A DNA stretch of 55,911 nucleotides, counting the filler, from Sluysia triapertura (Eukaryota), in the NCBI GenBank assembly GCA_046118255.1. It is 4 parts of 4 records of this genome, joined end to end, with 100 filler letters (N's around TTAATTAATTAA, not from the genome) between each part and the next. Parts side by side here need not be neighbours in the genome. Positions count along the whole stretch, not along the records: positions 1 to 16,665 come from JBJNIA010199264.1; 3 more parts are not named here. One strand, given 5' to 3'. This document shows, piece after piece, positions 1 to 13,083 of this stretch; the stretch's first letter is position 1; every line of letters begins with the position of its first letter. The translations under genes were made by a program, and so were the position numbers. The notes under the pieces were generated by a model. The model made no database searches. It was given only the letters and a program-made list of their open reading frames with translations, and was not told where the DNA came from.

Positions 1-1034
1 TCGGAAGAATTTTCAATTGAATGTTATATCCGTTATTACAAATCGTCAGAAGCAAATGGATGATATTGAATTTGGAATTTGCAATCAATGTATATATGAA
101 AAACTTTGGTTAAGAAACACTTCTATTCTGTCTTTCCTAAATCAAGTTCTTGTTTTTAATTATATACTTGTTTTTTCGTTATTTGTTTTTATTAATAAGG
201 CAACAAATTTTGTTTTTAAATTATCATTTTTTTGTTATACAGGCCTTAAGCCTATTTTGTTAGCAATTTTTAAATTAATGTTTAATTCGTTTAATATTAT
301 AAGGTTTAAATTAAATTGTTCGCTTTTTATTAATGTTTGCAATTTAGTTATTAAATTTTAAAAAAAAATAAAATTTCATTAAAATTAAATAAATTTTCGC
401 CCTCCACACATGCAGCGTAAAGAATAATCATTAACATTTAATGACGGAAAGAAGTTGCATAAAAATAGATGAAATTTCATTATTACAAATGTTAATTTTT
501 TAAATATTTGATGTAAATTTAAATTAAAATTATATTCAGTAAAGATATTATTTAATGATTTTTGACCACTCGTGTTATTTATAATTGGTATACTTAATGA
601 TTTTTCTTCAAACTTATTAACGATAGAGGCTTTTAAATCACATGTTCTTACATGTATCCTCCGTTTCGGTGTTTTTGAGTATCCATATTTGAACAATTAA
701 CATTCGGATGGCACAAGTGAAACTATTGAACATGTGAACGTGGAGCAATTATTCCATAGTGTAATCCATTATATAAATCAAGCGATAATAATAATGTTAC
801 TAATCAACGGATTTCTTATGTGCATAATATCACCGTTATATCGATAAATAGTTAATGGAAATTCAACAGTTATTGATGCTTTTAGAGTTAAGGAAAATTC
901 CTGAAAGCAAATAGTTTGGTTCGAAATTTGTGTCTTCGTGCCAATATCAATTTTGAGTTATGTATTAGTTCATACTCAATTTCTAGAATTAGTGTGATAA
1001 TTGATATTCAAAGAAGTCTTCATATGAAACTATC

Positions 1035-2920
1035 TGTGGGAATATTTAAGGTAGAATAGAATAAAAAATAGATTTAACGTGAATCCACCAACGTACCAGG
1101 CTTACCAGTTAGGGCTTTCACTAAGAACGTGTCTAAATCTTTTGCGAATGCCCTAAGGTCAAGGTCTGTGTGTTAGTCTTTCAAATCTAATCTAAATCTG
1201 AAGGTGTGCAGATATTGTATTCTTGGCTTATTGTTAATTTCAGATTTCAATATAGGTTATCTTTAATATTAAGTTTTTCTGAATAATTAAAGCAATTATT
1301 ATTATTCAACTAGAAAGATAAATAATTTATGAAGTATTTTACGATGATCCTATGAAAAGGAACTACAAAAATAATTTTTCGAGATTAGATTTAAATTCTA
1401 ATCGTTGAAAACGTTATTCTTCTTAGATTTTATATTTAAAACTATGAAATTTATCAAAAATAATTACTCGAAAAAAAATTTATTAAATACTTTGGTAAGG
1501 TTAATTTATTTTGAAAGTTTATATTTAAGTTTACGTTTCTGTTTGTGGTATTTTTAAAGTTTAGAAAAAGGTTATTGATTAATTTATCTTTAACGTTTAA
1601 TGTAAGATTAGGAACAAATTTATGACATAAGTTAGATAAATATAAAATAAATATATATAGATAAATATAAAATGTTTATTATGAAATTGCCGAGTTATAT
1701 TTGTAATATATACGTTTGCTTCTGCTCATATCCCTTGGAATACGATCGGTTTCGCTGTTTAAAAGAAATTTAGAAAAATGATCAATATTATATAAAAATA
1801 TATTCAATATTACTTTATAAGATTTTTCATGAAGATCATTGATTGAGACTTGTCGAGCTACGGAATTTATACTTTTATAAAACTTTAAACGGTAATTAAG
1901 TGCTAGTACAACTAAAGTCTTATCATGATAGTTTTATTACGTCTTTATAATCAGTTTGATGGTGTACGTTGTAGCTCGTAGGTAGTTTGACCAGAACTTT
2001 GTCATCATCACGTTCATATGTTGAGTGCCAAATCAATAGTTGAAATGTATTTTTATGATCAGTCTGATAATATACAAAACAATTCGTAAATGGCTTGATC
2101 GAATCATTATCGTCGTCTGGGTTACGCACTAAATAACTCAAAATTAGTTTAATTACATTTTTACAATTGTGATGATCAAATATTAGATGGTTTAACAATA
2201 GTTTATCTTTACGATTAACTTTATCACGTATTAGATAGTTCAAAGATGATTTGTTTATATCATTAACTAAGCAAATACTAGGTAAAAGTTTACAGTTAAA
2301 GTTAAAACGTAATAAAAATAGTTAATTTGCGATGAATTAAATTAATTCCTGAGTCTATAGTATTTTAATGAAGATTTTACGCCAGATCTATTATAAGATC
2401 TTTTAATAGAACATGATTTTGAGTATATTTTACGTGGATATATTTATTGTATATCTTTACCTTAACACAAATAAACTAATGTAATTATTTGTCAAAAAAC
2501 AGAATTTTTCAAATCCAGCAGATTTCTCCAAAAGTTTTTGTTTCTTCCCAAGAATATATTAAAGTCGTGCTTGTAAATAATTGTGTACTATCTGACAAAT
2601 TCTGTGACTATTTATAGTTGTTTTAATCTGACCTTGGCCAGATTAAAACAAATTAAAAATTTTTGAACTAAAATTTATACTTAATAATTATAAATTAACA
2701 AATAAAAATTAATAAATTAACAATTAAAAATTATTTACATATTCATAAGATTCCAAAAATTGCAAATAAATTATAAAACAAATAATTTTGTAATAAAACA
2801 AATAATTTAATGTAAATAATATGTTTATAAAATAATCAATAAATATTCATTCAATAATATGTGCAAATAAAATGAATCATCAATTTATTACAAATCAATT
2901 TATTACACATCCAATAAAAA
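1035..2920 (-). repeat. LTR-like 3' terminal segment (U5-like), copy A of the hairpin-bearing family
   Basis: On the minus strand it ends ...ATTCCCACA at 1035. Colinear similarity with 35896-37030 (GTAGAATAGAATAAA, GATCTATTATAAGATC, AATCTGACCTT..CAGATTAAAACAAA) and, inverted, with 46480-47519. Minus-strand AATAAA motifs near 2884-2904. Lies 3' of the gypsy pol remnant. Confidence 0.7.
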
Positions 2921-3340
2921 CATGTTAATGTGGAATTCATCGTAGGCAACATTTCAGGGTAATATTAGCTAATTTTACGTTTTTTAAGTTGTTGGTAGCA
3001 AAAATATCTTTTTGACCGGATTCTAAAATAACTTGAGGTTGATAATCTTTTGATGTCATTTCCTCTAAATGCATGTTTCTGGGGACTGCCTGTAATTCCG
3101 AAATGTATGTTAGACAAACGCAGCCTACTAAAGTGGATCGTAATTCTGTTAATTGCATTCCTCCGAATATAGATCATAGTAATTGTTCGCAGCGTACTCG
3201 TAAATCGGTGGGGATAATGATTGAGCCTCGCAGGCGAAATGCAAACTTTCAAGTTTTTTAGATGATAGATAAATTCGTGCTATTTTATGGATTCACTAAA
3301 TTATTTATGTAGTATTCGGAAATAAATAATTAATAATTAA

Positions 3341-4274
3341 TTAATTACTGAAATTAATTCGAACCCGATGTAAACAAGTAAATCTAACCCGAACATTAAT
3401 ATTTAACAATTTAACTTTAACCTCCGTACCTGAGTTGTGAAACTCAAAATTTTTGGATTTGTATACTTGTTCATTACAACGAACCACACATATCATTGTG
3501 AGTAATACCGTAGGTAATAAACTTTTTAGTTTTAGGAATTCTCGAAAGCTTACCATACATGATAACATAAGATAGAGGTCCTATAACGTACACTATAGCG
3601 AATATTAATAACATGAATAATACATCTACAAACTTCCAATCTTCCATTTCAAGTGAATCTTTTCTCGAATTATTTTTAAACGCGGCCGTTTTAGGTGTTA
3701 ATTTGCACGCTGTCATAAACTTTTGGTTTGTAGTTTTTGTGTCTCATTATTAATTTTGTTTAGTTTGTTTTCATGTTGTATTTTGTGTATAAAATTTTGT
3801 ATCGCTTGTGTATTTTCAGTATTGTCAAATGTGAAGGCTATGTAAACAATACGGACCATTGTCAATATGATGTGGTTTTCCTCTAAGTAATGGATTGAAG
3901 TAAATACAATATATTTCAAACGTATGTCTTAAAATAATAATTTCAGAAACGAATTACACTTTCCAATCATGGTTGTAAATATTTGTCATTTCTATTTTTT
4001 GTTTTCGTCCATCGTTAATCACGATATTCATATTTCTAAATTCGTCTTTCACTGTAGGTTCCATGGCTAAAGAAGGTAATGGTATAGATGCATATAGAAA
4101 GAGTAAAGATATTATTTTTACCCAATAAAAATGTTTTACTTTTGGTATTTTAATACCTCTAAGTATCATAATACTATGTTGTTCTGAAGGATAAGTAATA
4201 CTGGAGTTGATATCAAGGAATCGGACATTTGTGTCATTCTTTGTGAACCTGAATTTAGGATAGGAGTTTTCCAT
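3341..4274 (-). pseudogene. Fragmented membrane-protein (env-position/accessory) ORF of the retrotransposon
   Basis: Consecutive same-strand ORF pieces (3954-4274, 3713-3919, 3474-3716, 3341-3568) with a signal-like IISLLFLYASIPLPSLA and a TM-like VLFMLLIFAIVYVIGPLSYVIMY. Confidence 0.4.
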
Positions 4275-4329
4275 AGTGTCAATTCTTCTCCAGCGTGTGG
4301 AACTACTATTTGAGGTACTAGCATTCGTG

Positions 4330-4625
4330 ATCCATATGGTAATTTTACAAAACCGTACTTACTATGGATAACTATATCATCAAATCCGCTAACTATATCC
4401 TTGCATATTATTAATTCATATGGACTATTATACCAAACGTTATTGTGACAATATATTGGTTCAAGATTGTTATACTACCTACCAACGTACCATTGACATT
4501 TATGGGTTGATGATTAACATCGTAAGCCATTGCGTTTGGTTCGTCTATCATTGATAATTCTCAACAATTCAAAAAATTTCGGTGAACAGAAATAGTGGCG
4601 TCAGTCCATGTGTATTAGGTACCGA
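4330..4625 (-). pseudogene. Retropepsin (aspartic protease)-like remnant downstream of integrase
   Basis: TACCTAATACACATGGACTGACGCCACTATT reconstructs to YLI(D)TGADATI with one substitution and two 1-nt deletions. It is followed by the flap-like AYDVNHQPINVNGTLVGSITI and, after one frameshift, YELII(C)KDI (IIGxD-like). Confidence 0.6.
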
Positions 4626-4764
4626 ATTATTCATCATCACTACTTGTTTATCAATAAACGATTGAACCGATTGTGGTTTATCTCGGTTTTTATTTTTGGT
4701 TTAATTTTTAAATTGGTTTTCACGACTTTTCGATTTCGCAAATTATATTCTTCCTTATTCTTCC

Positions 4765-5600
4765 TTATGTGCTATTTTGTATCTATTTGCGTGTACTACA
4801 AATGTTTCTGTATTTTGTTTGTTTGGGTCTTTGATAAATAAATTAGTAGCTGTGATATTCATAACTTCATAATGACCTTAAAAGGTTTGTGTAGTCCTGG
4901 TTACTTTGTCTTTTACCTAAAATTTGTGTTCTTGAGCTTTTTTATCATAACTATCTTTATAAGATTCTTGTGAGTATTTTATTTGTAATCCTGCTATTCT
5001 CAGGCATCCAGTAAGTTTTCTCATAATAGTTACATATTCTGGTACCTCGAGATATTGTGATGTAGGTGGCACCCAATCTAAATCTACCGGCATGTTAGAA
5101 TGTCAGCCATACATAAGGAAAAATTGAGTAAAGTTGATTGTTGGGTGAACCGTCGGTTTGAGGATGATACGTATAAATTCTTAATGTATTAAAGATTTTC
5201 GGTAAGTAGTTTTCTTTGAGTTCCATACCTATAAATGATTTTTATACAAGAATTTGAGCCATTGTCTCGGCCTTCTGTCAAATAATCCACAAATACTATA
5301 ATGTATTTCCAGTGATTTTTTATGGAAGTGGTCCCATAATATCCATTTCTGTGAACTCCATAGGTGATAACGATACTGGCATCGGTTTCAGTTGTACTCT
5401 TGTTTTCTGTCCTGTATTTTTTCTACGGAAACAGATTTTACAATTTTTACACCACTTCCCTGTAGTATTTATTTTTTATTCTAGAGAATGTTTTTCTCGC
5501 TGATAGATGTCGATCATGCAACTGAATTAATATTGGTATAACTAGTGATTGGGGAATAATATTTCTCCTTTATCCTATTGCATTTTTGAATTTTAAACCA
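4765..5600 (-). pseudogene. Gypsy integrase remnant with GPY/F module
   Basis: KTFSRIKNKYY..CKNCKIC (zinc-binding part), MDIMGPLP, KYIIVFVDYLT, YHPQTDG, FLMYG, GHYEV...VVHANRYK. Confidence 0.92.
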
Positions 5601-5829
5601 CCATCTGTAATTGCAAGTCATTTGGCTTTTTTATCGTTTAACGTTCCTTTTGCCATTGCGTCGAGTATAAATGAAATATTCTTAACATCCCTTTGATGTT
5701 TAACGATTTTCAATCTTTCCCGAAATAGTTATAATTTGTATAAAACTTATATTACCTTTTTCGTCCGTATTAGTCAGCTCCACTGTAAACAATTTTTAGA
5801 TCAAATTCAGACAATTTTGTAAACCACCT

Positions 5830-6420
5830 ATTTACTATACTTATTTTTCATCTCTATGATTGTATAGTATGTTAAGGGTTTATGATCAGTATATAAATAT
5901 ACTTTTTGTCCTAATAGATAGTGTAAACAATTGCTATTGATGAATAATTTATTTCTGCCTTACTTAGTTTCCGACTGGAGTATGCTATAACTCCTAGATT
6001 ATTATTATCTTTTTGTCCTAAAATTGCGCCGATAGCGTAATTACTTTTATCTGTAGTTAATATAAACGGTTTATTAACATCAGGAAAAATTAATATTGGT
6101 GTTGTAAGTTTCTCTTTTAAAAATAAAAATGCTTTATTTTGATCGTCAGTCCATTCGAATTTTACATCTTTTTAGTGAGTTTTCTTAATGGTTGATATAT
6201 CTTAGCAAAGTTTTTTACAAACCTTCGATAATAATTAGCAAGTCCTAAAAAGCTCTGAACCTTTTTTACGTTCTCTGGTTTTGGAAATTTAACCACTTTT
6301 TCTATGTTTCTTGGATTTGGTTTAATGCCTTCTTTTGATACAATATGACCTAAAAATTCAATAGATGCTGAGGTTTAAGTTTAGTATGCTTTATTTCCTT
6401 TACATGTATCTCTAATTCTA
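5830..6420 (-). pseudogene. Gypsy reverse transcriptase C-terminus/connection and RNase H remnant
   Basis: IEFLGHIVSKEGIKPNP...VKKVQSFLGLANYYRRFVKNFAKI...FEWTDDQNKAF...PFILTTDKSNYAIGAILGQ...IAYSSRKLSKAEINYS...YTDHKPL. Confidence 0.95.
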
Positions 6421-7230
6421 TTAATGTACTAAAGAAATTATTTTACTTACAAATAAATAAAACTTAGTGATGCATCAAAAAATAATAATATAATAATGAT
6501 ATTAAGTTATAAAAACAATTTTTATGATGATTTTATAATTGACCAAGAGTCAACTTTCTGTTCATGATTTTAAGTACGGTTTTATAACCCTCATAAATTG
6601 AGAGTGGATCTATATAATATAAACTTATTTTATTTTTATTTTATTATTTATTTTAATTAATCTTAAGTAATTTTCTAAATATACAAATATGTTCGCTTAC
6701 ACCTTTACAGTCTGTTAGTAGAAATATGAGTTGTTGAGGTGTTGTGTAATGGTATATGTGGATTGTGTTATAACATGTATTTTTGTGCATGTACGTGGCG
6801 CATGTGAGATAATACATTTGTGATAAATGGTTAAATCACCACAGTGATGCTAGCAAGATTCGGAGATGACGATCTCTTCGAGCGTCATAACATTCGAATA
6901 ATATCCTTTTTCTTGTGTAAATAGGTTTGTGTGATCACGACGAATACTGTTTAAGGAGTTGTGGCGGTCATGCAATTATTAAACAGTGTAATCGTCATCG
7001 CTACAAGATTTGGAATATATTAGAGTATAAGCATAGTAATCTTGGAACCATCATAGTACGTAACATATTCTTGTATAAATTATGTAAGTATAGTTGGATA
7101 TCAGATTAAGTGATTGTGGATCATAATAGATGCTGCAGTGACATGCGACCATTAAAATCAATATTGATTACTTAAAATAAGCCGCATAAATATACAGTTT
7201 CAATAAATGAAAACTATAAAATATGCTTTT

Positions 7231-7320
7231 CCAATTAATTAACAGCAAATCCAATTAACCAATATAAAACAGCCAACCAATCAGAACGATCTATACCAAT
7301 TCAAATTAAACGCGCGTGAG
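7231..7320. promoter_or_regulatory. CCAAT-box cluster (putative promoter)
   Basis: Five CCAAT at about 7231, 7251, 7259, 7277 (CCAATCAG) and 7296, followed by CGCGCG at 7311 in a CpG-poor context. Confidence 0.35.
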
Positions 7321-7711
7321 TTAATCGATATTCGATAATCGAAATTACAGATGCTACGAAACGTTTGAAATGTCTCAATTATTGATGCTGAATTTATCTT
7401 TGATGATCGAATTAATCTTTCATTGTGGCTCATATTATAACCCATAAATTTTTCACGATCAGAAAGGAAGAAGCAATCGATATTTAGACATTTTAATACT
7501 ATTTGAAATTATTGTAATAATGATATAGATGTAACTAATAATATTTTAATTCTTTTTGGAATATTCGTCAATAAGTGGCAAAGAGTCGGAGTATCTAACA
7601 TTTTCTCCAAAATAAGTGTTATTAATTAATTTGTGTCGTTTCTGACTCTGGGCATTCATAGAGTAGTGTTCTGTGAGAAATGATTATATTAATATTGTAT
7701 AATTAATTCAG

Positions 7712-7807
7712 GAGAAGGAGTTACTAAGTCAAACCAATACCGCTCACATTTTCAATTGCTTGGCGAAACTACCATCAGATATTGATGATATTACTTTAGT
7801 GATTAAG
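7712..7807 (+). CDS. SGSM3: Internal exon of a TBC-domain RabGAP, SGSM3/RUTBC3-like
   Basis: ttcag| 96-nt open phase 0-0 exon |gtaagt. Encodes EKELLSQTNTAHIFNCLAKLPSDIDDITLVIK, resembling the remembered post-TBC segment of SGSM3 ([26 protein letters not shown]). Confidence 0.72.
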
Positions 7808-7859
7808 GTAAGTATTTTATTGAATTTGAATAATCTGGAATTTATTTTACAACAAAATA

Positions 7860-8030
7860 ATTAACTGATTGATAATGACTAACGAATGAATAATTGATTG
7901 AATGAAAAATAAACAACTAAATGACTGAAGGATTAATGGATGAATAATCGATTGAATTATTAATGAATAATTGATTGAATGATTAATGAATAATTGATTG
8001 AATGATTAGTGAATAATTGATTGAATTGTT
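7860..8030. repeat. Minisatellite, unit about 23 nt (ATGAATAATTGATTGAATGATTA)
   Basis: Several near-identical tandem copies of GAATAATTGATTGAAT. Confidence 0.85.
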
Positions 8031-8399
8031 AAATATATGTTATGTTCACATTTGTTAAATATATGGTCACACACAATTAGTTATAAATGTATTAATATAC
8101 ATTAGAAATAAATCAATATTCTAAAAAATTTTTATGTGTTAGAAATAAATCAATTCTGAAAATATTTTGTAAATTGATATTCTGGACATAATATATTACA
8201 TTTTAAACGTCAGGATTTTTTAATTATTATTAATTTATATTTTAATTTATATTTTGTCACAGTAGTCACATTTATTATCTTTTTTATTTTTATTTGTTTA
8301 AAATATTTAATTTTGTTTAAATGACCATAAGGTCATTCCATTAGACATAAATAGCAATAACTTTTTAATAATTCACACAATAGCAAAAACATAATTTGG

Positions 8400-9075
8400 T
8401 TGAGCAACTCTTCACGTGGAATCTTGACTTCGTAACATACATTGAGGATTCATCGTACAACGTTCTTTGACGAATTAAACTATTCATACGGATTTGCAGT
8501 CGTTTAGAATCTTATCGTTAGTTTTGTATTTTTAAGTTCCCGCAACGTTTAAGGTTGCATTATTAAAATACACTTAAATTCTTTGTTTAATTTTGAAATA
8601 GTTATCTTTTATTGATAGCTCATTAATATACTTGATTTAAATTTATCATAACATAGGGATTATTCCAGAAATAATCCATTTAACATTGCTGTACTATATA
8701 TTATTTTTTATTATTATTTTTATTGCAGTTCATTTGTACAGTTTCATCATTTAATAAACGTATTATTTTAAATATTATTTTCTAATTTATTTTAATATCT
8801 AAATAAAGAATAGGTTCGGTGTAAGAACCTTATTAAAATCATTACTGGTTCCAAGTAAGAACCAATTTTAAATTCCAATCAATTTAAATAAAATAATTTT
8901 CTTCTTAATAATAAGAAACCTCCAACTAAATATACGACATTTTTTGTGATATTCAAATAAATTCTTTATACGATAAATCCAACGGTTGGCCATTTTTATT
9001 TATGCCCAATACGTTGGCGGACTCACTTTCAATTTATCTTTATTCTGTACACCCTTCACTTCACATTTTCTTACA
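8400..9075 (+). repeat. LTR-like 3' terminal segment, copy B
   Basis: Ends ...TTTTCTTACA at 9075; hairpin at 8979-9017; inverted homology to 13084-13780 (e.g. AGGTTCGGTGTAAGAACCT vs AGGTTCTTACACTGAACCT). Confidence 0.65.
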
Positions 9076-10263
9076 ATATCATTGAGCATTATGAATTTAA
9101 AATGATTTTTATTTTATAATATTATTGAAAATTTTGTTTCTGTCAATTGACATTTTTGACGTAATGTTCATCGTAATATTTTATTATTTATGTTAAACCT
9201 AAACCTAAAATAGACCTTTTATAAAATTTAATATTTATATAATTATTATCCAAATTTTGAGATATAATAATTGTAAAGAACCATTTAAAGAATTTTTAAT
9301 AAAAATAAATTATATGCAAAGAAATTAAAAATTAAAATCAATAATTAGAATGTATGGTGAATGGAAAAAATAGTAATTTTTTTGATAGTCATTTTTTATC
9401 AAATTAGTTCTTTTCCGTTTATTACAGAATCAGAACCGTAAGTAGTTAATTATGTTTAATTAATTAATTTAATTTTAATGAAAATGAATTAATCTTTCCT
9501 TAAAACTGAAATTGTTTTTATCTTACAGTATTTTCGACAGATAAAATTTGAAAATGCATAAATTGAGCGTATGAATTTTATTTAGATTTAAAAATTTAAG
9601 TTTGTGCAAATGACAATTACAATAAATCCAGGGATCATTAACATTAAGAAACATTAACTTTAACACTTTAAAATAAACTGTGCTGAGAGTTTAATATAAT
9701 AGCTGTTACTTATTCAGCTGGATTGTTGGTTTTTTAAAAAGTATTTTATGATTTACTCAGAAAAATTGCTATAGATATGGGTTCGCCTGTAAATTGAGTA
9801 GGCACCTTTATAGGATTTAAATAAAAGTTAGTTAAAATCGACTAATGAATATCAATCAAATGTTACTTGGGAGATTGTATATTTCTATATAATTTTAATT
9901 CTAATAAAAATTTCATTCGAACAACAAAGTGATAAAATTTAGATGTGTTGAATATTTGCATAGGTTTAGAATATTGAGAATATAAATTATATAAAGATAT
10001 AGACTTTCTTGCTTTGCTGAAATTCAAATAACAAAAGTAACTACTAACAACAAAGTTGATATTTTGGGTATCACAAATAAAAAATATAGAATTATATCAA
10101 TAAAAATGAAAAAAGTATAAAACAAGGGTATACAATTTACTAAAAATGAATTTTTTTTCAATTTTAGATCAATTAATTTCAAAATTAAAAGTAATTTTAG
10201 CGAATTTTATAGTTTTTCGTATACAAACTCATTTTATATGAGCGTTACGATTCTCGATATTAA

Positions 10264-10740
10264 CCCTTTCGCCACCGCTGGGACCAATTGGTTCCACTCG
10301 CATTTATGCAAGTTTCTCAGGCTTAAGCAGGTCATGTTACATATTGTTTTAGAGGATTAAATAAGGACAATGTTTTGCACAATAGTTTCTGCTTTTAAAG
10401 TGTGTGCACATAATTATTTCAATAATATACCACCATTTTGTGAGAAAAATATTTGAATCAAATAAAATAAGTGAAAATATTATAAATTTATTATTACTTT
10501 TGTTAGAAGGTGGCAGATTGCTTTAGAACATTCCACACTATATTACACTAAATTTACCAATTTTCACATTATATGTTATTTTATTGAAAATTCATGAAAA
10601 ATTATACATTTTTTATTAATTTTGAAATTAACACTTGCGCAAGTGGCGTCAGCTTTTTAATGGCTGTTCTCACATATATTTCATATAATCTCTCAAATAA
10701 ATTTATGTTCGCAAAAATGCGCTCACCGGAAGTTAAAGGG
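10264..10740. mobile_element. piggyBac-type non-autonomous element (MITE)
   Basis: TTAA|CCCTTT ... AAAGGG|TTAA: TTAA target duplication at 10260-10263 and 10741-10744, CCC/GGG termini, no transposase ORF. Confidence 0.8.
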
Positions 10741-13083
10741 TTAAAGTCTTGGCCAAATGATTTTTAAAAAATGTAGTTGGTTCAAAAAATTAAATAAAAT
10801 TGTAGCAACACGATAACTCCCAAATGACTACAAAAATACCACTTCTTTGAAACCATTTTCTTCTGGAATCCATCATTTTTCATTTATTCTTTAATAATAA
10901 CAAATTAATTTCGTTTTCTGTACCTTTTTAATTAATTTCTATATTTATTTTTGATTAAAAATTAATTAAAATTTATATTTTCAATGTATTATATTTGTAA
11001 AATTATATTTTAATATTTAATTAAAATTTATTATATTATAATTTTGTTACATTTTGTATTTTAAGTGATGCATGTTGTCAGATTAATTTAAAAATTTTAA
11101 ACCTATAAATTTTAAAAACTATATAATTAAAATTCCATATTTTTTTGTGAAGTAATACAAAGATTAACCATTACATATTTAATGAAAACATTCCAATCGA
11201 ATCATTTAGATAAGTAAACGGCCGCTATAATTTTATGTATTCAGTAATATGATCAATGGAGTTGTGTAGAGATAACATTTTTACATTTAAAACATAATTG
11301 TGAGACATTTTTGATTTTGAATATTCAAGTTTAATTTTTTTGCTTAAAGTGCATTTTTGGATCAGATTCCTTTCTTGCTTAGTTTGTTATATGATAAATA
11401 TTTATTTTTATGATTTCTGAAAATTTGAATGTTTGGGCTAAAATGATCTTTTTTAATGTAATTTGATTTGATGTATCTGCATATAATAAAAGATTAAGCT
11501 GATGCTTTTTATAACATAATGCAGGTTTACTATACTTTAACTTTACGCCACCAAAAGTTTAATTTATTTTATATTAGGTCTGCCTACAGTGTATGTCTTA
11601 AAATCATAGAGTAGGTACACATGTACATTTTACTTAATCTAACTTAAAATTCAGCTTAATCTAACCTGAGAGCCCTGCAAAGGACAAAAATTCCAATTAA
11701 ATAAAAAATTTTATTAAGAAAAGAAATTGAAGCAAACACATTACATGTAGCGCAAGAACTACTTATGAAGTGTCAAAATATATTATGATTTTTAGGTATT
11801 TTTACACTACCTGCAAAATTATTTGTAGAAGTTTAAGTCTATTTTAATCTGAATTAAATCAGGTAATCTTAAGAAAAACTAAATAAGCGATTGAATTGGT
11901 GTTTATTTACACATGTTTTGTGTGTGTGTGTGATCACACCATATTTTACAAACCAAACAAAATTGAAAAAATTTTAATTTCATATTCTCTTTTGAAACAA
12001 ATATCATTTCGAAAATTACAAAGATTATTTCACATTTTCTTTGTTTATTAATTTGTTGATTGCATTTCAAACAGTTACAATATTTTCTTTAAATACAAAT
12101 GTATTTGTTATTTATAAACACGAATATTTAAGCATCATCAGGTTACATAGGTAGAAATTTTTTTGTATTAGTTTATTTTCATATAACTGTTTCTCTAATA
12201 TTGACTACTTTTAATTATTTATCTTAATTATATATTAATTCTTTAAACTTCGCTAAATTACTCAGTTAATGACCAGAGATTTTATTATAGAAATAAATGC
12301 TATTGTCACAATTGATCATAATATTCTCATCCAACTTCTGTTTTCCTACTTATTATTATTTAAATTGGTCTAAATTCTAATTTTTTTGTCTTGCAATCTC
12401 TTTCTGAACATAGTTTTTATTCATCACTTTTCTTCAACCCCTTTTTTTCAATTACTTAGTTTTCTATGCCTATTTACGTGGTTGCTACTCCTTAATTCGT
12501 TATTCGTTATTGCATATATTAATATGTAAAAACCTATTTGATTATATAATATGATGATGAAAAAATTACTAATATATTGCGAAAGGTACTGATTTGAATA
12601 ATGAAAATTACGAAATTATAAACATAATCAAATTATTATTTTGTTAATTATGACGCAATACCCAGGAACAAAATAAATCACAAAATTATAGCTTGTGATG
12701 CTGATGAAATCATGGTAACTTGTCAAAGACATTCGCTTTTGGTATTGAATTGATTTTAATTTGGAACGATTCACTAATAATTTGACGGTGATATTCGTAA
12801 TTGGAATTGATTTTAATTTGGAACAAGGTTTTGATAATTGACGGAAATATTTATTATTGGTGTTAATCTTCGGATTGAAGCAATTGTTAGCATTTTACAT
12901 TGGCATCGCTCATTATTTGGTGATCAATAAATTTCGGTATTGTTGTATCCATCTATTGTAGTCGTAACTTATATTTTAATACGTTTTTCCCTTAGGTAAG
13001 TTAAGGGTTAATATTCACTTAAAATATTTTGTAGTTTTACAAGTATAAGAAACTAGTTTTAATCATTATTAAAATCATTAAAT

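Larger units (their letters stand above)
3341..6420 (-). mobile_element. Decayed Ty3/gypsy LTR retrotransposon internal region (RT end, RNase H, integrase, extra protease-like and TM ORFs)
   Basis: Manual minus-strand translation gives canonical gypsy pol motifs in the order RT-RH-IN, with many stops, frameshifts and deletions. Confidence 0.95.

Noticed and set aside
17-900. ORFs 17-361 and 385-696
   Set aside because: Possibly decayed coding sequence, but no recognisable motif; not called.
6927-7109. Cys/His-rich 60-aa ORF
   Set aside because: No recognisable metal-binding spacing; too short to support a call.
12740-12880. CRISPR-like spaced repeats (also 46220-46420, 36940-37040, 7860-8030)
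   Set aside because: The intervening sequences are themselves similar, so these are tandem minisatellites; eukaryotic context and no cas genes.
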